A stretch of DNA of 63,523 bases, the filler included, from Reclinomonas americana ATCC 50394 (lineage: Eukaryota), in the NCBI GenBank assembly GCA_048213135.1. It is 4 parts of 2 records of this genome, joined end to end, with 100 filler letters (N's around TTAATTAATTAA, not from the genome) between each part and the next. Parts side by side here need not be neighbours in the genome. Positions count along the whole stretch, not along the records: positions 39,419 to 59,021 come from PS015169.1; positions 59,122 to 63,523 come from PS015170.1; 2 more parts are not named here. One strand, 5' to 3'. This document shows, one piece after another, positions 56,901-63,523 of the stretch. The position numbers and the translations under genes are program-made. Each line of letters starts with the position of its first letter. Positions within the stretch are counted from its first letter, which is position 1. The notes under the pieces were generated by a model. That model searched no databases. It saw only the letters and a list, made by a program, of their open reading frames with translations, and had not been told where the DNA came from.

Positions 56901-56962
56901 TTGATGGTGCGTTGCAGTATGCACCTCCGAACGGCGACGGCGAAAAGGAAGGCAGCAGCTGA
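50914..56962 (+). CDS. Slo/BK-family potassium channel alpha subunit with RCK domains, more than 25 short introns
   Basis: TM segments, pore AVYFTVVTIATVGYGDISP, HVLVTG, QYVLGS, ILARSCLCPGFCAFVSNL, WEEEYAHGYAHEIY, FVLPLR, VVGDP, AAGRAYVSDTLD, GILVVALYR, YVFTCPP. Confidence 0.9.
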
Positions 56963-57226
56963 AGCACGTCGTTGTCACGAAGGAGAGCGCCCGCTCACTG
57001 TGCGTCGGCGATGACGCGGTGGTGGTGGTAGAAGAGCATTGTTAATGTATAATCAAATTTGCGATGATGGGGAACTGCGCAACTCATCGCAGCGCCAATT
57101 GTGTTCGATTTCTCATCCTCCGTTCTTCTGTGAGCGAAAGAGTGCTGACTCGCGACAACACGCCACGTGTGTGTGTGTGCACCTGGGAAGGGCAGAGGCC
57201 TGTGAGCCGAGTCGCGCGCGCCTCTC

Positions 57227-57300
57227 ATGCGGCAGCAACCGTTGATCAGCTCGCGTCGAGCGTTGACGAATCAGGTGTGTGTGCACGCGTGTGTGTGCGT

Positions 57301-57331
<31 letters not shown>

Positions 57332-58946
57332 TGTGCATGTGCGTGCGTGCATTCATGTGCTTGGGGGAAAGAAGCACACGTGTGTGTGAGAGAGTATCAG
57401 ACTGGATGAATCATACTTTTTCTCCCTTCATCTCTCGCCCTCCACTCCCCGTCAGCTTGTTCTCTGGCTCATACACCTCCCTTTCCCTTTCACAAACCAT
57501 CGCTTCTCACATCGATGCACACCTCACACATCAATGTTGCGACAATGCAAGATTTGGCAAGTTGTGCGCTTTGCCGCCGGAGGAGTCGGAGGCCAGGCGA
57601 ACCGCAGTTATGCTGGGCGTCGAGTTGACACATCGGTGCGCGTGCGCGTAGTTCCTCCTTCAAAGGCGGCGGTCATTTCTTTTGGTTCTCAAATGCGTGT
57701 CTCGTCAACAGGTCGCTCTTCTCGACCTCCGACCCACCAGCTTTCAGGTGCGGCTGCGCAGGTTCATGGCGCATTCCACCTTTGGGTTAATCTATGTTGC
57801 GTGGTGCTTGGGTACTGTCGAAGCGCCTGCTGCGAGACTGACACAGGCTGGTCACAGGATATCGTTTTGATGGCGCTGGCGCTCTGGGCCGTCATCCAGT
57901 ACGTGTGGTCTACGTATGAGCCCGGCTACTATGAGTTTCGCAGTACCTCTGTGTGTGTGGGAGAGAGACGTCAAGTAGGCCACGCTTTCGCTGTGCATCT
58001 CACCTCCACAATGCAGCGTTCCGTGGGTGCGGATTGTTGAAATCTTTCTGGTGTGCATCTTCGGCTTCGACGTGGTGTTGCAGTTCTACATAGCAAGGCG
58101 GCGGTTCGTGTGCATGTATGTGAGTCGCACACTGTGGTTGACACGCACGCTGAGTCACCATGTCACAGCTGGTGGTACTTGTCGACTCGAGGACTTGCCG
58201 ACATTCTCAGCATTGTGCCCAGGTAATTCGCACGCGCGCCTCTACACAATCCCCGCTCTTGCCCTCACACTCGCGAACACAGTGTGGTGTTCTTTGCTAC
58301 GGGAAATCGCTCCGTTCAGCTGTACTTCCTGCGTGTGCTCCGCCTCCTGCGTTTGATGCGCCTGTTCCGCTTGAGCCGACGCCGCACGTTCTACACACGT
58401 CGCGATTGGTCCCAAAAATGTTCGTGTGTTGCCTCACGCTCACCTCCTCCGTCGTGACAGCAGCGTTGTTACTTACACTTTCTACCCGCTTACCGCGCAC
58501 TGTAGCTGTGGCCGACGAACTTCTCAAGTTCGTCTTTGTGATCTTCTGCCTAATTTTCATCACCGCCGGTCTGATCCAGACAGGTTCGCGCAAAAGGCCT
58601 TGACTTCTCTCTTTATGCCCAAGTTAGCGATTTGCTCACATATATATATGCTTGTGTCGCCTGTGCAGTCGAGGATGCCTTCAATGGCACACAGATGACC
58701 TTCCTCCAGGCCGTGTACTACATTGTCGTCACCATTACGACTGTCGGCTATGGTGACTTTACGCCCAAGGTGTGCGTGTGTCACAGCGAAAATCTACTCT
58801 GGTCTGTCTCTCACAACCGTCTGTGTGTGTGGCATGCGGACAGACGGAACTCGGCCAAGCAATCATCATTGTCTTCATTCTGACGGCCATTTCGTTGCTG
58901 CCAGTGTTGACCACGCAGCTGTTGAATGTCATGGCGCTCACCAACA
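57227..58946 (+). CDS. Second tandem Slo/BK-family K+ channel, truncated by the scaffold end
   Basis: S4 FLRVLRLLRLMRLFR, pore AVYYIVVTITTVGYGDFTP. The N-terminus and most intron positions match the upstream paralog. Confidence 0.88.
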
Positions 58947-59065
58947 GTTGCGAAACTAGCGTGCAATAGCGCACCTCTCTCTTCCCTTACCTATGCATGT
59001 GCGTGTGTGCACGCTCGCGGGNNNNNNNNNNNNNNNNNNNNNNNNNNNNNNNNNNNNNNNNNNNN

Positions 59066-59077
59066 TTAATTAATTAA
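59066..59077. other. Artificial scaffold linker
   Basis: TTAATTAATTAA within N runs. Confidence 0.95.
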
Positions 59078-59121
59078 NNNNNNNNNNNNNNNNNNNNNNN
59101 NNNNNNNNNNNNNNNNNNNNN

Positions 59122-62100
59122 GCCACTTGGTCGCTCGGTCAGCTGGAGCTGAACGCGCCAGTGGTGAACGAGGCGAAGCGAGTGCCGGCAGTGGAGATCC
59201 ACGCCAACACGATGTGGGTGCAGTCGTACACGCAGTTCAAGCTCGGCACTGACCAGCTTGGTCCTGGATATCGCACTCTGAATGTGCAGACGTACGCGGA
59301 GAATGNNNNNNNNNNNNNNNNNNNNTGTTGTCCGTGAAGAACTGCACTAGTGGAATGCGGTTTCCGCTGCCGAGGGCGTCAACTCCAAAGATTGCGCTCA
59401 CAAATGCTTCCACGTTGAGCGCATTCACATGCATCTCCAGCAGCGGGATTCGCAACTGCTCCGGATTCGCCACAGCGGCGTTCGAGTGCACACCGAACGA
59501 CGCCTTGGTGCGCGCCTTGAGCAAGTAGGTGCCACTGTAGATGCTGAACGTCGGAATCGGATTGTAGAACGGGGAGGCTGCATAGTCTTGCCCGAACACA
59601 GCCGAAGTCCGCATCACCATGCTAAATGTGTCGCCTGACATCGAAGTCGAAGTGGCATAAGTATCTGCATTTGTACCAGTCAATCAGTCAACGTGTTGCG
59701 GCGAGAACAGGAACAAGAGAAGACACACGACAGTCCGCAACTGAGAGCCGGAATCTCGGCCGCCAGTGATCCAAGCTGCATGACAGAGCTAGAATAGGCC
59801 GTAAACTTTGTTGTCTCAAAGTCTACTTCGTTGGTCCACACGGTGAATTTCGGGTTGGGTGCGCTCGAGTTACCAAACTGCGGCAAAAGGGAGGCAATGC
59901 ATCAGCACAGGAGCAAGCGGGCGCCAGCGCGGTGACCGACTGGTACACACCGTCACCAAATTGTCCGAGTCAAACTCCATCACCGGCGAGCGGACAGTCA
60001 TCGTGCTCGCAGCCGCCACCACCATGTTCGCCGTGGTAACCGGTGAGCCAAGCAGCACCGTGGGCGCGACTGCACTAATAGATGTTGATGTAGAGATGGA
60101 CAATGTCTGCACATTTGCGAGAAGGGTACAGGGTTGGAGACGGCGCACGCAGACGGCAAGAGACGGAAACACATGTGTCATACCTGGCCCTCCATGGTGA
60201 TGGTGTTTGTGGACGAAGGACTACCGAGCCGGATAGACGGGCTGACCAAGTTGTAGACTGTCGGTTGCACAGTGTGCGTTCCACCGCCGATGGTGGCGGT
60301 AGTGGCGGACACTGTCAACGTCGACGCAGTGACACTCGCCGATGTGGTGCTGTTGAGCGTGAAGATGGGCACCGTGAGGGCAGCCGACGTGCCAAAAGTG
60401 CTCGTGGAGACCTTCAGTTGTAGCCATGGTTAGCACAACAACAAGGAACAAAGGGAAAGAGGGGACGACGACACACACCAGCGCGCGTGTCATGAGCGTG
60501 GCAGTAGTCGGAGCGCCAATGTTGACAGCCGACGACACTTGCGTGCCAATGTTTGTGGTGGGCGCATCGACGAGCACCTGCGTACCGCCGCTGATGTTGA
60601 TCTGTTGTTCCATCATCAAAATGTGAGACGCACAAGGCAAGCACAACACACATTGCCGCAGCACAACAAACCGCGTCACAAAGCAACGAGAGTGGAAACG
60701 CTGCGCCACTGGCGATTTCGACAGAGCAACCAGAGCGCGCCAGGCGCACACCCGTGGATGACAGCAGCACAGTGCTCGGTGTCGCGCCGGTGACTTGCAG
60801 GGTAATTGGCTGCGATGACAGCAGCGACACCGTGTCGGTGGCCGTCAGCGCAACTTGCCCGACAGTGGCCTATGCACGCGCACAGACACCAACATGAGAA
60901 AAAAACAGCAGCACGGTAGAACCCAAAAAGACTGCGCACAACACCAGCGTACCGTCACTTTCGTCGGTGCCGAGATCACCAGACTGGCGGTTTGCAGCGA
61001 CAGCAAGTTGTTGCTCGTAACACCCAGATTGTTGGTGGTGGCAGCAGAGCCGAGAGACATGACCGGCGCCACCGAGGAGTACGAGTTGTTGAACTGTCCA
61101 TCCCAGGCACTGGCTCTGGCCACTATATTGGTGCTGGCTGGTGTTCCAATATTCACCGCCGTACCGTACATGTTGAGTGCGGAGACGGTAAATGTGTAAG
61201 CGCCACCCGTGAAGTTCGCAGAAGTGGAGGCGGCCAGCGAAAAAGCAGCAGTCGTGAAGCTGATGGAAGTCGGCGATGTCAACGAAAACGTCGGAGCCGA
61301 CAGCTGAAGCGAGGACCCAGCGGTCACGCTGACAGCCAGGCCGCGAATCGACACGGACGCCGTCGAAATTCGTCCAACATTGACTGTGGTGGACAGCGAG
61401 TTGCCGACGTTGACCAGAGCACCATCAAGAGCGGCGCTGGTCACAGCCGTGACGCCAATCTGCACACGCAAATGCGTGAGAAAAATACTCTAAGCGCAGT
61501 GATTGCTGAAAAATACGCACCGTATCACAAGCGAGCTGCATCGGAACTGCAGCATCACTCAGCACAATGCTACAGGCATCGCGGCTGATCTGAATCGAAG
61601 CCGTGGAAACCGCAATGGTGTCGATAGGTGACACGCCAACGGAAACGCCAAACGAGCCAGCGACGGACGAGAATGTTGTTTGCTCAGCAAACACACTGGC
61701 TGTGGGAACAGGGACTGCCGCACTGCCGATTTGCACAATGGTGGAGCCCTGCATGCACGTCGGTTGAGGTTCAGCAACCAACCCAACTTTCAACAAAGCG
61801 GCGAGAAAAAAATGGGCACACGACTAGCGCACCATAAGAGACACATTGTCGCCAGAGAGGGAGATCTTGTCGTTACTCGTCAGTGCAATGTTGGTTGTGC
61901 GCGACACATCACCAATGGTGAACGTGCCGGCGACCGAGGTCCACGATGTGGCGATTGAGGACGACCACACTTGCGAGTTGACAGCAATGCTCGTGGTGGT
62001 CCCATTCAGTCCGAGAGTAATATCGCTGGCATGAAGACGCAACGTCACCGGATTGACCGTATACAGATTACCACTACGCGAGAATAGTGCTGATGAGAAA

Positions 62101-63523
62101 CACGAACACAACCAGACAAAAGCCACGCGACACTGTCGTCGTACCTCAGAGTCGCAGACGTGTTGGAATTCAGCGAAAACGTGGGCGTGGTGAACGAAGC
62201 GGCACTCGAGGCTGTCACAGTGAGGGTGCCAGTGGCGGCCGTCACCGATACCGCCGACGACAGCGTCACCGCGCGACCCGTCTGCGCCAACACGTGAGCC
62301 GGTAACACACGCAAGGACACACACATGACAATAAAACCAACCAGGGACAGCGTACTGGTCGCCGGACGACCAATTGCGATTGAGGTGGAAGTGGTCTCAC
62401 CAATGGAGACAAGCGGGGCGTCAGCAGTGACGCTGCTTGAGCCGCTCAAGCCGATCTATTGAGCGTGGTGGAGAGACACAGAGATTGAGTACCATCACTG
62501 CGGAGCACAAGAGGTCATCCGAGGGCACTCGTGAACTCAACTGCTGAGCAACTCAGCGTCATGGGCGTTGCCGATGTGTTGATCGTTAGCGCACAGGTAC
62601 CGCGGGACAGGGTAATCGAGTTCGCCGTCATCGAGAGCGCCGGGGTAGGTGCCGACGAGCCGACAGTGATCGAGAACGAAGTTGTCGCACGCACAGCACC
62701 TGTTGTGGCGTCCACAGTCAGGGCGGGAACCACCGTGCCGGGCAAACCAATCGCCAATGTTGTGGACGACTGGAGCAAGACGTGGCACATTCATGAGAGG
62801 AGGCGCGAAGGCACGTACGTGAGCGCATCGCATCGTCTTACCAGCAGTGTGAGTGCGGATGCAGACAAATTGAGTTGGTTGGAGCTGGTAAGCGCCAATA
62901 GCGTAGTTGATCCACTACCGATACTGATCGACGGAGCAACACTCTGAATCGACGCGGACGCAGTCTCCGTCAGGGCCTGTGTCACCAACGAAATGGAGGT
63001 GGTGACGCCAGCCTGTCCAAGTGTCATCTGAGCCGCCTGCTCCACCAATGTGTTGGCGACCACGGACATGGCGCCAACCGAGAGGGAATAGCTGCTGGAG
63101 GCCGTCACGGTAACCGACGGTGCAGCTAACAACACACAATGCGGGTGAGAACATGCACGGAGCGCTATAGCAGCGAGCGACAGAGGCGGGGTAAACAACG
63201 AAACTCAGCGAGGCAGTCGTGGCGCTGGCAGTGAGCGTGCCGGTGGTGAGCGTGGTCGACGAGGTAGCAGTGACAGTCATGTCCTGCGTCACGACCGCCA
63301 GGGTGGTAACCTGAGGTCGGCCAATGGTGATCGTCGTCGCAGCGACCGTGCCCAGACGAATGTCGGCACCCTCAATGCTGACTTGGGTGGTACCGACCAT
63401 GCGTGCGGCGCTGCACGTCAACAGCATGGGATCGACGCCAGTCGACAGGCTAATCGAGCACGTGCCACGCGTCAGCGTGAGGGCACTGGCGGTCAAATCA
63501 ACTGAAGTGGTGCTCGCCGTGAG
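59122..63523 (-). CDS. Very long Ser/Thr/Ala/Val-rich beta-repeat protein, partial at both ends
   Basis: Multiple GT-AG-bounded exons with recurring motifs such as ITIGRPQVTTLAVV, IAIGRPATSTLSL, VNVGRISTASVSI, and a repeated RGTC..PM.L.C segment. Confidence 0.75.

Noticed and set aside
24314-59077. Palindromic TTAATTAATTAA occurring three times
   Set aside because: It always lies inside N runs, so it is an artificial linker. Gene adjacency across it is meaningless.
124-59741. GTTGCG introns as introner transposons or U12-type introns
   Set aside because: No shared sequence was seen beyond the first 6-7 nt, and no terminal repeats. They lack the U12 RTATCCTT donor. Some positions are shared between old paralogs.
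1-63523. Stop-codon reassignment as an explanation for broken ORFs
   Set aside because: The interruptions I resolved in conserved genes are explained by GT-AG introns. TAA, TAG and TGA all appear as normal terminators.

Overview
Intron-rich nuclear DNA from an unidentified unicellular eukaryote. It is a draft assembly: four scaffolds joined by N-TTAATTAATTAA-N linkers, with many gaps and CT/CA microsatellites. Spliced genes recognised: RPB1, a large secreted EGF/Asp-box protein, eIF2B-epsilon, MPG glycosylase, a J-domain first exon, BUB3, an MGAT4/GT54-like glycosyltransferase, KDSR, NSE4, two tandem Slo/BK-family K+ channels, a long Ser/Thr beta-repeat protein and several unknown proteins. 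Main discovery: rebuilding exon junctions by hand from conserved protein motifs shows two classes of 5' splice site. One is the ordinary class, mostly G|GTGCGT or G|GTGAGT. The other is an abundant one-nucleotide-shifted class, H|GTTGCG(T), with about 32 introns counted in 13 genes, nearly all lacking G at exon position -1. Shifted-register donors are known as rare exceptions in mammals, but here they look like a major intron class. Gene models are manual inferences without transcript data.
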